Assembly: GCA_964482725.1 (NCBI GenBank)
Contig: CAYZYT010000003.1
Location: forward strand, 49,252 to 113,251
DNA length: 64,000 nt
Origin: an uncultured bacterium
GTDB lineage: Bacteria; Omnitrophota; Omnitrophia; Omnitrophales; Aquincolibacteriaceae
Direction of reading: 5' to 3'
The notes beneath the pieces are model-generated. The model saw nothing but the letters and a program-made list of their open reading frames with translations. It was not told where the DNA came from and did no database searches. Positions 53,809 to 63,485 of the stretch are shown piece by piece. Numbering within the stretch: position 1 is the first letter of the stretch; each line of letters begins with the position of its first letter. A program made the translations under genes and the position numbers.

Positions 53809-55305
53809 TTGTTTTGCCCGCGCGAAAGGATATCAGACGTGAAGGTCTTTTTTTTAAATATTCCTTACCATGAGCGGTTTACCCGCGAAAGTCGTTCTCC
53901 GGGTGTCGCGCCTTCAGGAACCCTCTATTATCCCATCTACCTTGCGCTTGCGGCGGGTCTTGTGCGAAAGCACGGGTGCACGATCGACTTTCTGGATGCC
54001 CCGGCCGAAAGCTATGATCTCGGGAGGACCGAGGAGCGCGTGGCGCAATTCCGACCCGACCTTATTGTTGCGACGACGGTAACCGCTTCTGTTTTCCATG
54101 ACGTCAAAATCATGGACCAGCTTGCAAAGAAGACCGGGGCCCTGACGATGCTTGTCGGTACGCACCCGACCGCTCGGCCGCTTGAAACTCTTAAAATGTC
54201 TGAAAGCCTGGACTTTGTCGCCGTGGGAGAATACGACCTTACGGTTCTTGAGGTGGCGCAGCACTTCGCCGAAGGGAAAAAACGCGAAGAACTTTCTTGC
54301 GTCAAGGGGTTGGCTTTTCGCTTGGGGGATCAACGGATCCTGAACGAACGACGGCCGTGGCATGAAAACCTCGACGAGATTCCCTGGGCGAGTTTGATCT
54401 ACCGGGACTTTTTAAAGATCGAGCATTACAGCTACGGCGCTCAACTCCATCCTGAAGTCACGATCGTGAGCGGTCGTGGTTGTCCCTATCAATGCACCTT
54501 TTGTGTATTTCCGCAGACCATCACGGGACAGCGTTACCGGCCGCGTTCGGTCAAAGACGTGGTCGACGAAATGGAGTTCATTCAGAAAACGTGGCCCCAT
54601 AACAAGGAGATCATGTTCGAGGATGATACGTTGACCGTGGACAAAGATCGCATGCGCGCTCTCTCGGAGGAGATCTTGCGCCGTAAGCTCAAGGTGACTT
54701 GGTCCGGAAATGCTCGAGCTGATTTTGACGACGTTCTGCTTTTGAAACTCATGAAGAAAGCCGGGTGCCGTCTGTTTTGTGTCGGGTTTGAGTCCGCCGA
54801 CCAGGCGATCTTAGACGAGATGCGAAAAGGCGGGGCCACGATCAAGGTCCGGGAACGTTTTGTGAACGCTTGTACCGAGGCCGGGATCATGATCCACGGA
54901 TGTTTTCTTTTCGGCGGGGCGAACGAGACCCGCGAAAGCATGCGTCAAACGCTTGAAATGGCGAAACACATGAAGCTTGATACCGCCCAGTTCTTTCCGA
55001 TCATGGTCTATCCCGGGACGCGCGCCTACGAAGAGGCCAAGGCGAGCGGGGAGCTGGATTCCGAGAATTATGACGAGTGGCTTCGGGGCAGCGGCTACTA
55101 TGCCTCTCAGATCCACCGGGGAGCATTGACCGGCGAGGCGATCGCGAAATTCACAGATCTCGCTTACCATGAATTCTATCTGAGGTCTTCTTTTATTCTT
55201 CGAAAGGCATGGCAGTTCTTGTTTTCTCCCGCGGAACGATCGCGGATCCTTTTCGGATTTCAGTTCTTCATGAAAAAGATATTCACCCGGGAAAAGACCC
55301 CATGA
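53809..55305 (+). CDS. B12-binding domain radical SAM protein
   Basis: The N-terminal cobalamin-binding Rossmann-like region is followed by a radical SAM core with CPYQCTFC and a C-terminal domain. Confidence 0.8.
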   Translation: MFCPRERISDVKVFFLNIPYHERFTRESRSPGVAPSGTLYYPIYLALAAGLVRKHGCTIDFLDAPAESYDLGRTEERVAQFRPDLIVATTVTASVFHDVKIMDQLAKKTGALTMLVGTHPTARPLETLKMSESLDFVAVGEYDLTVLEVAQHFAEGKKREELSCVKGLAFRLGDQRILNERRPWHENLDEIPWASLIYRDFLKIEHYSYGAQLHPEVTIVSGRGCPYQCTFCVFPQTITGQRYRPRSVKDVVDEMEFIQKTWPHNKEIMFEDDTLTVDKDRMRALSEEILRRKLKVTWSGNARADFDDVLLLKLMKKAGCRLFCVGFESADQAILDEMRKGGATIKVRERFVNACTEAGIMIHGCFLFGGANETRESMRQTLEMAKHMKLDTAQFFPIMVYPGTRAYEEAKASGELDSENYDEWLRGSGYYASQIHRGALTGEAIAKFTDLAYHEFYLRSSFILRKAWQFLFSPAERSRILFGFQFFMKKIFTREKTP

Positions 55306-56276
55306 GAGTGGCTGTTGTTTCCGCAGTCTATAATGAAGAAAAGCACATAGGCCGAATGATCGAAGGCCTGATGGCTCAGACCCGCATGCCGGAGGAAATT
55401 GTTCTCGTGGATGACGGGTCGCAGGACGGCACGGCCAGGGTGATCGAGCCGTATGCACAACGCTATCCAGTGATCCGGCTCATTCGGAATTCCAACCAGG
55501 GACCTGCGGCGTCGCGTAATATCGGTTGGCGTGCGGCCCAAGCGGAGGTTGTCATTTTTACAGATGGAGATTGCGTGCCGGATCGTGACTGGATCGAAAA
55601 ATTGCTTAAGCTTTTCGTAGCCGACGATATCGCGGCGGTTGCGGGGACTTATCGGACGCTCAATGGGAATTCCGTGCTCGCCCGCTTTGTTGGGCATGAG
55701 ATCGCGTGGCGTTATCGCAATGTCTCGGGCGCGGTCGATGCTCATGGATCCTACAATCTTGCGGTAAGGAAACGTGTGCTCGAGGAGATCGGAGGGTTCG
55801 ACGAATCTTACAAGGTGCCAAGTGGGGAAGATTGGGACCTGACCTACAGGATCTCGCGTCGCTACAAGATCCTTTTTGCGCCGGACGCGATCGTGGCGCA
55901 TGCCCATCCGGAAGCGTTCTGGTCGTACATGAACAATCAGGTGCGTCGCGGGTTTGACAGGATCAAGCTTTATAACGATCATCCAGAAAAAAGAAGCGGG
56001 GATGTTTATACCGGCGGGATCGTGAAGTACCAGGTCTTGGCGGCCGGGCTTTTGCCCCCAGCGTTGTTCCTCCTGCCTTTCCAATGTTTTCGTGTTATTC
56101 CGATCCTCCTTTTCCTTTTCCTCTTTGGCTCTTGCTGGAATTCTTTCGGGTTTATTTTCCGGCGCGATCCTGCGGCGGCCTTCTATGGCCTAGGAGTTCA
56201 GTGGGCTCGATCGTTTGCCTGGGCTTGGGGCGCGATCAAAGGTGTCCTGCGCTTCGGCTTCAAATTCAGGAAATAA
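55302..56276 (+). CDS. Family 2 glycosyltransferase
   Basis: It has VAVVSAVYNEEKHIGRMIEG, VLVDDGSQDGT and the FTDGDCV (DxD) motif, plus C-terminal TM helices. It overlaps the upstream stop (ATGA). Confidence 0.85.
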   Translation: MRVAVVSAVYNEEKHIGRMIEGLMAQTRMPEEIVLVDDGSQDGTARVIEPYAQRYPVIRLIRNSNQGPAASRNIGWRAAQAEVVIFTDGDCVPDRDWIEKLLKLFVADDIAAVAGTYRTLNGNSVLARFVGHEIAWRYRNVSGAVDAHGSYNLAVRKRVLEEIGGFDESYKVPSGEDWDLTYRISRRYKILFAPDAIVAHAHPEAFWSYMNNQVRRGFDRIKLYNDHPEKRSGDVYTGGIVKYQVLAAGLLPPALFLLPFQCFRVIPILLFLFLFGSCWNSFGFIFRRDPAAAFYGLGVQWARSFAWAWGAIKGVLRFGFKFRK

Positions 56277-56277
56277 T

Positions 56278-56928
56278 ATGGATCTATCCGTCAAAAAAGA
56301 GAATTGGGACCGGTTCTGGAGCGCGGAGGGATCCGTGCGTTTTACGAAAAAAAGCTGGAGCAAGGTCCGCATCATGGAAGTTCTGGACGGTGTTGTTCGC
56401 GAAGGGATGCAAGTCCTTGATGCCGGCTGTGGTTCTGGTTTTTTTTCTGCGTATTTTTTGGAGAAAGGCTGTCGGGTGTGGGCCCTGGACCATTCGGAGG
56501 CCTCTCTTGAAATCGCGAGGAAAAGCACGCAAGGCCGCTGCCAAGCCTATTTGAAGGAAGACCTTTTTCAGGACGATTGGAAGGGGCCTTTTCGGAATCA
56601 ATTCGACTTGATCTTCTCAGACGGGCTTTTCGAGCATTTTCCTGAAGCGGATCAGAGGCGATTGATGAGCCATTTCAACGAACTCAAAAAAGAAAATGGG
56701 ACCGTTGCGACATTTGTCCCGAACCGTTATTCCTGGTGGGAAGTTGTGAGGCCTTTTGTGATGCCCGGGATCCAGGAAGTGCCTTTTACTCCGTCAAAGC
56801 TGATGGAGCTCCACAGCGGTATGCGTCTCCTCAAAACGGGCGGATTGAACGTGTTGCCGTTCCGTAACTCTCCCGAACGATTCCTCGGATCCAGATTGGG
56901 AATGATCCTTTATTGTCTCGCGGCTTGA
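56278..56928 (+). CDS. Class I SAM-dependent methyltransferase
   Basis: It has motif I VLDAGCGSGFFSAYFLEKGCRVWALD and post-I LDHSEASL. It starts 2 nt after the GT2 stop. Confidence 0.8.
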   Translation: MDLSVKKENWDRFWSAEGSVRFTKKSWSKVRIMEVLDGVVREGMQVLDAGCGSGFFSAYFLEKGCRVWALDHSEASLEIARKSTQGRCQAYLKEDLFQDDWKGPFRNQFDLIFSDGLFEHFPEADQRRLMSHFNELKKENGTVATFVPNRYSWWEVVRPFVMPGIQEVPFTPSKLMELHSGMRLLKTGGLNVLPFRNSPERFLGSRLGMILYCLAA

Positions 56929-56953
56929 TCGGCGGTCGGGTTTGTCGCAGGAT

Positions 56954-59900
56954 TCAGGCGGATTTCTTTGGAATATAGTGGGATAATTTCGCCTTGAGAG
57001 CGGCGAAGATCATGGCGAAGGATCCCTTTTGTTCCAGTTTGTCGCAGACCAGGTAAAAAGCCGGCACGACAAAAAGCGTCAACACGGTCGAGACCAATAC
57101 GCCGCCGATGATCGCGACGCCCATCGGGATGCGGGTCTCTGCTCCGGGGCCGAGTGCCAGCGCGGGCGGGATGGCGGCGGCGATGGTGGAAACGGAAGTC
57201 ATGATGATCGGACGCAAGCGGATCGGGCAGGCGGTGAGGATCGCGTCGTAAGTGTTCATGCCGCGTGATCTCATTTGATTGGTGAAATCCACGAGCAGGA
57301 TGGAGTTTTTCTTGACGATCCCCATTAAAAGTAAGAGACCGATGAAACTAAAGATGCTGAGGGATTGATTGGCGATCAAAAGGGCCCAAAAAGCGCCGAC
57401 GAGACTGAACGGAAGGGCTAGGAGCACTGTGATGGGGTGGACGATGTGGTTGAATTGGGAAGCCAGGATCATGTAGGCCACCACGATGCCCATGATGAGT
57501 GCGAAAATAAGACTCGTCATCGATTCCTTGAAAGTTTGGCTCGTGCCGCTGAAGACCACGCGGTAGCGGTCGGGGAGTATTTCTTCGGCGATCTTTTGGG
57601 CTTCTTGGATGGCTTTTGCAAGTGATTGACCGTTGGCGGCGCTCGCATAAAGACTGATAGCGCGTTCGCGTCCCTGGCGGGTGATGCTCAGGAGACTGGG
57701 GCGTTCCGTGATCTTCACGACGTCCGAGAGTTGCACCATTTCGCCGCGGTTATTCCATATCCAAAGATCCCCGATGTTTTCAGTGGTTCTGCGATCCTGA
57801 TCATTGGCTTTTACCCTCACATCATAACGCTTTCCGTTCTGCGTGTATTTCGCGACGCGCTCGCCCCCGATCATGGCGTTCACTGTGCGGGCAATGGTTT
57901 CGATGCTTGCGGCATGGTCAAAGGCCAAATCGCGGTCCGGAGTGATCCTTACCTCGGTGAGGCCGGAGCGGTAGTCGCTGTCGACATCCTGGAAGTAGGG
58001 GCTCTTTTTCATCTGGCTCTGGATCTTTTCAGCGCATTCGATCAGTTTGTCCCAGTCGGGTCCCCGGATCGAAAATTCGATCGGGTACCCGCGGGTCGCG
58101 GAGAACCCTCGCGTGGAAAGGTCCTGCATGATCGCTTTTACATTCTGGATCTTATTGATACCGGTTCGGAGTTGGTCCATGACATCTTGCTGCGTCGGAC
58201 GCCGCTTGAGCACCGGATCGTACGGACGATCGTTCGGGTCTTTGAGGGTCACGAAGAGCATGCCAGCGTTCACCTCGCCTTCGATGCCTCCCATACGCAC
58301 GCCGATGACACAAAAATAACGCTTGAGGCTTGGATTTTGCGTGGCAAGGGCTTCGACCTCCTTGAATTTTTCACTCGTGAAGTAAACCGAGGATCCGATG
58401 GGTGTTTCCAGGGCGACCAGGAAGATGCTCTGGTCTTGCGCCGGCACGAACTCTTTCCGGAGGAGCGGAGCCGTGATCATGTAAGAGGCGATACAAAAAA
58501 TGAAAGAGGCGATGAGGACTTTCCACTTATGCTTGAGAGTGAAGACAAGGCTTTTGGCGTAAAGTTCATTCAGCTTGATCATCCCGTGTTCGAAAGCTTT
58601 GCCGAACCGGGTTTTCCTTTCTCCGATCTCAAGGAGCTGGGAACAGCGCATCGGAGCAAGGGTCAAGGCTTCGAGAAGCGAGAGAAAAACGGCGGCGGTG
58701 ATCGTGATGCCGAATTGGAGGAAGAATTTTCCGATAATGCCCTTCATGTAGACCACGGGAAGAAAGATCGCCGCGATCGCCAGCGTGGCGGCTAAGGCCG
58801 CGAAGGTGATCTCCTTGGAGCCTTTTAAAGCGGCATCCATCTTGCCCTGGCCCATTTCGCGGTGGCGGACGATATTTTCAAGCACCATGATGGCGTCGTC
58901 CACGACGATGCCGATGGCCAGCGAAAGCCCGAGTAACGTGAAAATATTCATGGTGAATCCTGCAAACTTCATCACGATGAAGGTGCCGAGGATCGAGGTG
59001 GGGATCGCGAGCAGGATGTTCATGTTCGAGCTCCACGAACCCAAAAAGAGCCAGCAGACCAGGGACGTGAGCACGGCGGAAAGAATGAGTGTTAGGAAGA
59101 GTTCATGGACGCTATCGCTGATAAATTTACTCGAATCAAAATTGATCCCGATCGAAAAGTCGGGGGGAAGCTCGCGCTGGACTTCCAGGAGCCTTTTTTT
59201 GACGCCCTCGGCCACAGCGACCGTATTGGCTCCGCGCTGCTTGCGGATGCCGAGGCCGACGGCCGGTTGTCCCATGACACGCGACATCCTCCGGAGGTCC
59301 GCGAGACCGTCCTCGATCCTGGCTACTTCGCTCAATCGGATCGGCCGGTAAATAGGTTTTCCGTCCCGCTTATTGATCACGATCTTTTCGAATTCGCTGA
59401 CCGACCGCGCTTCGCCCATCGCACGGACCGAGGATTCTGTTTCCTGGGTCTCCAGTTTTCCGGCCGGGATCTCAACGTGTTCGGTTTGAATCGCGGTGAT
59501 CACGTCTTGCACCGTGAGCTGGTAGGAGAGGAGTTTTTTTGTATCGATCCACACGCGCAGGTTGCGCTCGAGAAATCCGCCGAGGAAGATCTCTCCGACC
59601 CCCGGCACGGTCTTGAAACGGTCCTTAATGTCCCGGTCGACATAATCCATCAGGTCTTTTAACGGCAGGCGGGAGGTGACCGCCAGGAACATGATCGGCT
59701 GGTCTTCGGGATTGAACTTCTGAATGATCGGAGGATCCATGTCGACCGGCAGGCGGCGGCGAGCCTCCGAGATCTTACTCTGGACTTCCTGGAGCGCGAC
59801 ATCGATGTCGCGGTCGAGATCGAACTCGAGCTTGATATTGGCTTTGCCTTCCGAGGAAGAAGAGGAAATATCGCGGAGTCCTTCGATCCCCATGACGGAG

Positions 59901-60106
59901 TCTTCAATGATATCGACCACGTCCGATTCCATGACCTCAGGCGCGGCGCCTTCCCATAGCACGCTAACGTTCAGAACAGGGAAGTCCACGTCCGGCATCT
60001 GCCCGACGCCCATTCCGTGGCAGCCGAGTACGCCGAAGACCATCAGCCCAATCATGAGCATCCAGGCGAACACCGGATTTTTGATCGAGATCTCGGATAA
60101 ATTCAT
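56954..60106 (-). CDS. RND efflux transporter permease (second copy, AcrB/HAE1-like)
   Basis: 1050 aa with the N-terminus MNLSEISIKNPVFAWMLMIGLMVFG and 12 TM helices with two large periplasmic loops. Confidence 0.95.
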   Translation of the reverse strand: MNLSEISIKNPVFAWMLMIGLMVFGVLGCHGMGVGQMPDVDFPVLNVSVLWEGAAPEVMESDVVDIIEDSVMGIEGLRDISSSSSEGKANIKLEFDLDRDIDVALQEVQSKISEARRRLPVDMDPPIIQKFNPEDQPIMFLAVTSRLPLKDLMDYVDRDIKDRFKTVPGVGEIFLGGFLERNLRVWIDTKKLLSYQLTVQDVITAIQTEHVEIPAGKLETQETESSVRAMGEARSVSEFEKIVINKRDGKPIYRPIRLSEVARIEDGLADLRRMSRVMGQPAVGLGIRKQRGANTVAVAEGVKKRLLEVQRELPPDFSIGINFDSSKFISDSVHELFLTLILSAVLTSLVCWLFLGSWSSNMNILLAIPTSILGTFIVMKFAGFTMNIFTLLGLSLAIGIVVDDAIMVLENIVRHREMGQGKMDAALKGSKEITFAALAATLAIAAIFLPVVYMKGIIGKFFLQFGITITAAVFLSLLEALTLAPMRCSQLLEIGERKTRFGKAFEHGMIKLNELYAKSLVFTLKHKWKVLIASFIFCIASYMITAPLLRKEFVPAQDQSIFLVALETPIGSSVYFTSEKFKEVEALATQNPSLKRYFCVIGVRMGGIEGEVNAGMLFVTLKDPNDRPYDPVLKRRPTQQDVMDQLRTGINKIQNVKAIMQDLSTRGFSATRGYPIEFSIRGPDWDKLIECAEKIQSQMKKSPYFQDVDSDYRSGLTEVRITPDRDLAFDHAASIETIARTVNAMIGGERVAKYTQNGKRYDVRVKANDQDRRTTENIGDLWIWNNRGEMVQLSDVVKITERPSLLSITRQGRERAISLYASAANGQSLAKAIQEAQKIAEEILPDRYRVVFSGTSQTFKESMTSLIFALIMGIVVAYMILASQFNHIVHPITVLLALPFSLVGAFWALLIANQSLSIFSFIGLLLLMGIVKKNSILLVDFTNQMRSRGMNTYDAILTACPIRLRPIIMTSVSTIAAAIPPALALGPGAETRIPMGVAIIGGVLVSTVLTLFVVPAFYLVCDKLEQKGSFAMIFAALKAKLSHYIPKKSA

Positions 60107-61416
60107 GACACTTCTCCGATTGCAACCCGGAAGGCCGCCTCATCCTGTTTCATAATATAATAGGTCAGGTTCTGGCGTTGCCGTGTATTGTGAAGAGATT
60201 CCAGCGCGGCGAGGACATCCAGGTTGCTGACGAGACTCCGGGTGTATTCTTCTGACTGGATGGCGTAATTGTTCTCAGCGTCGCGGACCGCCTCTTTCAA
60301 GAGGGCATTCGTCTCTTTGGCGGAAACCCAGATCTCATAGCTCTGCTTGATGTCGAGTTCGGCCTGACGTTTGGCAAGAGTGAAATAAAGTTTTTTCTGT
60401 TTCAGGATACCGATCGAATCCTTGACCTGTCCGACCGTTTCGCCTCCTGAGAAAAGAGGGATATCGAACCTGAAAAGTGTGTCGAAATCCAGATTTGCCA
60501 AGGCACCTTCGCGGCGCGTGTACTGATTGTGGTCGAGCGTGATCGTGGGCCAGAAACCGCTTTGGGCGACGAGGATCCCGCGCCAGGCCGTTTTTACGGC
60601 TTGTTCTGCGGCCTTGACGTCTGAACGCACCGCCGCCATTTTGAGATGCTCGGTCAGTGTTTGCGACGAAACCTCCTCGGCGACCTCTTCTTCGAGCGGA
60701 CGCCCTCCCAGTTCGGTTCCGGTCAAGAATTCCAGAAGATAACGCATCGTTGCAAGGGCTCCCCGGGCGGCCGCCAGGTCCGCCTCGAGTATTTTAAGAT
60801 TCGTCCGAGCTGTGATCACTTCGCTCTTGCGCGAACGGCCGATTTTTTCGCGCTCTTCCAGCTCCTGGATCCTCTTCCCGAGCAGTGCACGGACTCCCTG
60901 GTTGATCTCGATCTCCTTTTCATAGCGAAGGACGTTGTAAAAAGCGCGGGCCACGTCGGTATAGAGAAGCTCTTTGGCGCGGATCCAGGCTTCCGTTTGC
61001 TCTCGTCTGTAACTTCCGGCGCCCGTCAAAGCCCCGATCGCCTTGAATCCCTGGAAAAGCGGCTGGCTGATCTTGAATTTGCTTTCCTGTATGTTCGGAT
61101 CACCCAAGTTCGCAGTCCCGCCGCCTCCGCTCAGATTGCTTTGTTGGTTGTCCTGGAATGTGCGCTCAATGATGAAATCGACGTTGCCGAGTCCCTGGCT
61201 TGCCGCATTGAATACTTGCGCTGTGGCGCGGGAGATGGCTTCTTTTTGGATGGCCACGGTTTCGCTTTGGATCAGCGCGAGGCGGTAACATTCTTCGAGA
61301 GACAGCGTCGGTGTCACTACGGGTTGGGGAGTGGAAATGTTTTCTTTCGCCTGGGCAAGAGGGCAGGCCACCGTCACCAGGGCGAGGCAGAAAATCAGGA
61401 AGTTTTTAACGCTCAT
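60103..61416 (-). CDS. TolC-like outer membrane efflux protein (second copy)
   Basis: It has a signal peptide (MSVKNFLIFCLALVTVACPLAQA) and OEP repeats. It overlaps the RND start by 4 nt. The start was chosen at the second Met to limit overlap with the MarR gene. Confidence 0.7.
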   Translation of the reverse strand: MSVKNFLIFCLALVTVACPLAQAKENISTPQPVVTPTLSLEECYRLALIQSETVAIQKEAISRATAQVFNAASQGLGNVDFIIERTFQDNQQSNLSGGGGTANLGDPNIQESKFKISQPLFQGFKAIGALTGAGSYRREQTEAWIRAKELLYTDVARAFYNVLRYEKEIEINQGVRALLGKRIQELEEREKIGRSRKSEVITARTNLKILEADLAAARGALATMRYLLEFLTGTELGGRPLEEEVAEEVSSQTLTEHLKMAAVRSDVKAAEQAVKTAWRGILVAQSGFWPTITLDHNQYTRREGALANLDFDTLFRFDIPLFSGGETVGQVKDSIGILKQKKLYFTLAKRQAELDIKQSYEIWVSAKETNALLKEAVRDAENNYAIQSEEYTRSLVSNLDVLAALESLHNTRQRQNLTYYIMKQDEAAFRVAIGEVS

Positions 61417-61855
61417 TTTTGGACCTCGACGAGAAATCGTCCATGACTTTTGAAAGTTCCGCATAAAAGCGTCCGATCGTTTCGTGCGCCGAGGCGTTGA
61501 ACTGATCGTAGGCTTTGAGAAGCACCCCGAGGCCCTGTTCCTGGATCTCTCCGATGATTTTTTTGCCTTTCGGAAGGATCTCCAACTGGATCACGCGGCG
61601 GTCCCGGGTGTCGGGGACGCGTTTCAGGAACTTCTTTTTTTCAAGGCGGTCGACGAGATTGGTGACCGCAGGTTTGGTGATCTCGAGACGGCTGCTTATT
61701 TCGGTCATGGAAACTGTCCCGAGAAGCATGAGTTGGCAGAGGAGTGAATACTGAGGTAACGTCAGATTGACCCGGCCCAGCATCTGGGTGTGCATGCGCG
61801 AGAATTTGGGATGCAGCTCTCTGAAGCTTGCGGCAAAAGTTTCTCGTCGGTTCAC
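61406..61855 (-). CDS. MarR family transcriptional regulator
   Basis: 149 aa with a winged HTH (LTLPQYSLLCQLMLLGTVSMTEISSRLEITKPAVTNLVDRLEKKKFLKRVPDTRDRRV). Confidence 0.85.
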   Translation of the reverse strand: MNRRETFAASFRELHPKFSRMHTQMLGRVNLTLPQYSLLCQLMLLGTVSMTEISSRLEITKPAVTNLVDRLEKKKFLKRVPDTRDRRVIQLEILPKGKKIIGEIQEQGLGVLLKAYDQFNASAHETIGRFYAELSKVMDDFSSRSKNER

Positions 61856-62009
61856 AGGACTCCTGGAAAACGGGGAAATGGTTAAATGGTTAAACTATCA
61901 ACGCGTTGAAGTATATGGGTGAGGCACGGGAAAAGCAAGAGGTAAAGAGGAGTTCTTATGCAGGGGTCAGTCTACCCAAATATCGGGGAAGCTTGGAGGG
62001 GGGCGCGGA

Positions 62010-63485
62010 TTGTGGCATAATGGGGTCATGATCATTTTCCGGAAGATCCTTTTTTATCTTTTTTTTGCGCTTTATCTTGTCCTGTGCCCGATCATCATCC
62101 TCTACGCATTTGGCTATATCTTTACGCCCAAGGTCGAGGAAGGGTTCGCCAAGACAGGGCTGATCCATATCGAAACGCTTCCTGGGAATGCGTCTATTTC
62201 GATCGCGAATAGACGCTACTCCGAAAGGACGCCTGCCACAGTTCGGAACCTTCTCCCCGGACAGTACGCTATGAAGATCCTTTTGCGCGGGTTCAGGCCC
62301 TGGGTGCGGACGGTGGCCGTGGAACCTGGGAAGGCTGTCAATTTTGAAAAAGTTTTGCTGGTCCCTCTGAGCGTCAAGACCCGAACGTTGATCTCTGAAC
62401 CCTTTGCGGACCTTTGGCCTGTGCCGGCGACGCGTTATCTCCTTCTTAAAAAAACAGAGCGGGCTGGGGATCTCAAGGTGTTTGACTGGAAAAATGAAGT
62501 TTCCCGTCCGGTTCTCCCCGAGGGATCTTCTTTTTTGGAGGCGGAGCTCGTCAGGGTTTTTAGAGGCAAGGAGAGCCCCTTCATCATCCTTCAAGTGAAG
62601 ACTTCCGCGGGTATGAAATTCCTGGGGTGTCAGTTGGATAAGGAAAAATCGGAAGTGAAAGATCTCTCGCCCCTTTTTGAGAAGGGAGAGCCGGACGAGA
62701 TCTCTTGGGAAGGGGGCCATCCCGACTGTCTTTTCGCGTTGCGAGGTGAGGATCTTTCGAGGTTGGATCTTGAAAAAATGACCGTGTTCCCGGATTTTCT
62801 TTCAAAGATCCGGGGTTTTGGGATTTTTAAGGGCAAAGTTTATGCTCTCCGCGGTTCCTCGATCGTTCGTTTAGGGGTTAACGCCAAAAAAGGGGAGGAG
62901 ACCTTGGTGGAAAAAGGCATTTTCCTGGATAACCTTTTTAGAGGCGATGAAAAGTATAAGATCGATTTTCTTTCGAATGACACGATCTGTTTCCGGGGAG
63001 AACGAGGGGAGCTTTTTTCGAACGCTCTGCCGTATCGTTTTGTCGACGAAGGGGTGCGTGGGTACCAGACCCATGCGGGCGGTCGGAAGGTCGCGTTATG
63101 GCAGGGGACGCGGGTCGGGGTGCTTGATTTTGAAAAAACGGAACGGAAAAAAGAATTTTTTGAGCGAGGGCCCGAGATCGAGTGGCTTTTTGAAAAGGGG
63201 AAGAGTATCCGTCAGGCTTATTTTGTTCTCGATGCCGCTTATGTTCTGTTTTGCGATGAAGACAAAATATTCCTCGCACGTATTGGGGAACGGCAGGGCC
63301 CTTTGGAGAAGCTCGTGGCGGTGAGGGCGGGAAGCGGATTCTTTTATGCGGAGAAAACCGGAAAACTTTATTATCTGGAACCCTCCCGGGGTGAGTTTGT
63401 GGCTGCGGATATTCTTCCGGAAGGGATCACTCTTTCTGATGTGATCAATGAGCTGGAAAAAGAAACCCAGGGGACGCTTAAATGA
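62010..63485 (+). CDS. Membrane-anchored PEGA domain protein
   Basis: It has an N-terminal TM helix, then a PEGA-like segment (IETLPGNASISIANRRYSERTPATVRNLLPGQYAMKILLRGFRPW) and a long beta-rich C-terminus. The start is either the TTG at 62010, which has a GGAGG RBS, or the ATG at 62028. Confidence 0.5.
   Translation: MWHNGVMIIFRKILFYLFFALYLVLCPIIILYAFGYIFTPKVEEGFAKTGLIHIETLPGNASISIANRRYSERTPATVRNLLPGQYAMKILLRGFRPWVRTVAVEPGKAVNFEKVLLVPLSVKTRTLISEPFADLWPVPATRYLLLKKTERAGDLKVFDWKNEVSRPVLPEGSSFLEAELVRVFRGKESPFIILQVKTSAGMKFLGCQLDKEKSEVKDLSPLFEKGEPDEISWEGGHPDCLFALRGEDLSRLDLEKMTVFPDFLSKIRGFGIFKGKVYALRGSSIVRLGVNAKKGEETLVEKGIFLDNLFRGDEKYKIDFLSNDTICFRGERGELFSNALPYRFVDEGVRGYQTHAGGRKVALWQGTRVGVLDFEKTERKKEFFERGPEIEWLFEKGKSIRQAYFVLDAAYVLFCDEDKIFLARIGERQGPLEKLVAVRAGSGFFYAEKTGKLYYLEPSRGEFVAADILPEGITLSDVINELEKETQGTLK

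Noticed and set aside
57626-58795. A 389-aa ORF and three more + strand ORFs antisense to the second RND pump gene
   Set aside because: Same reasoning as above: they are wholly embedded in a confidently assigned 1050-aa RND gene.
61956-62720. A 254-aa minus-strand ORF opposite the PEGA protein gene
   Set aside because: It is antisense to a gene with a recognisable PEGA domain and membrane anchor, and it has no start or RBS support.
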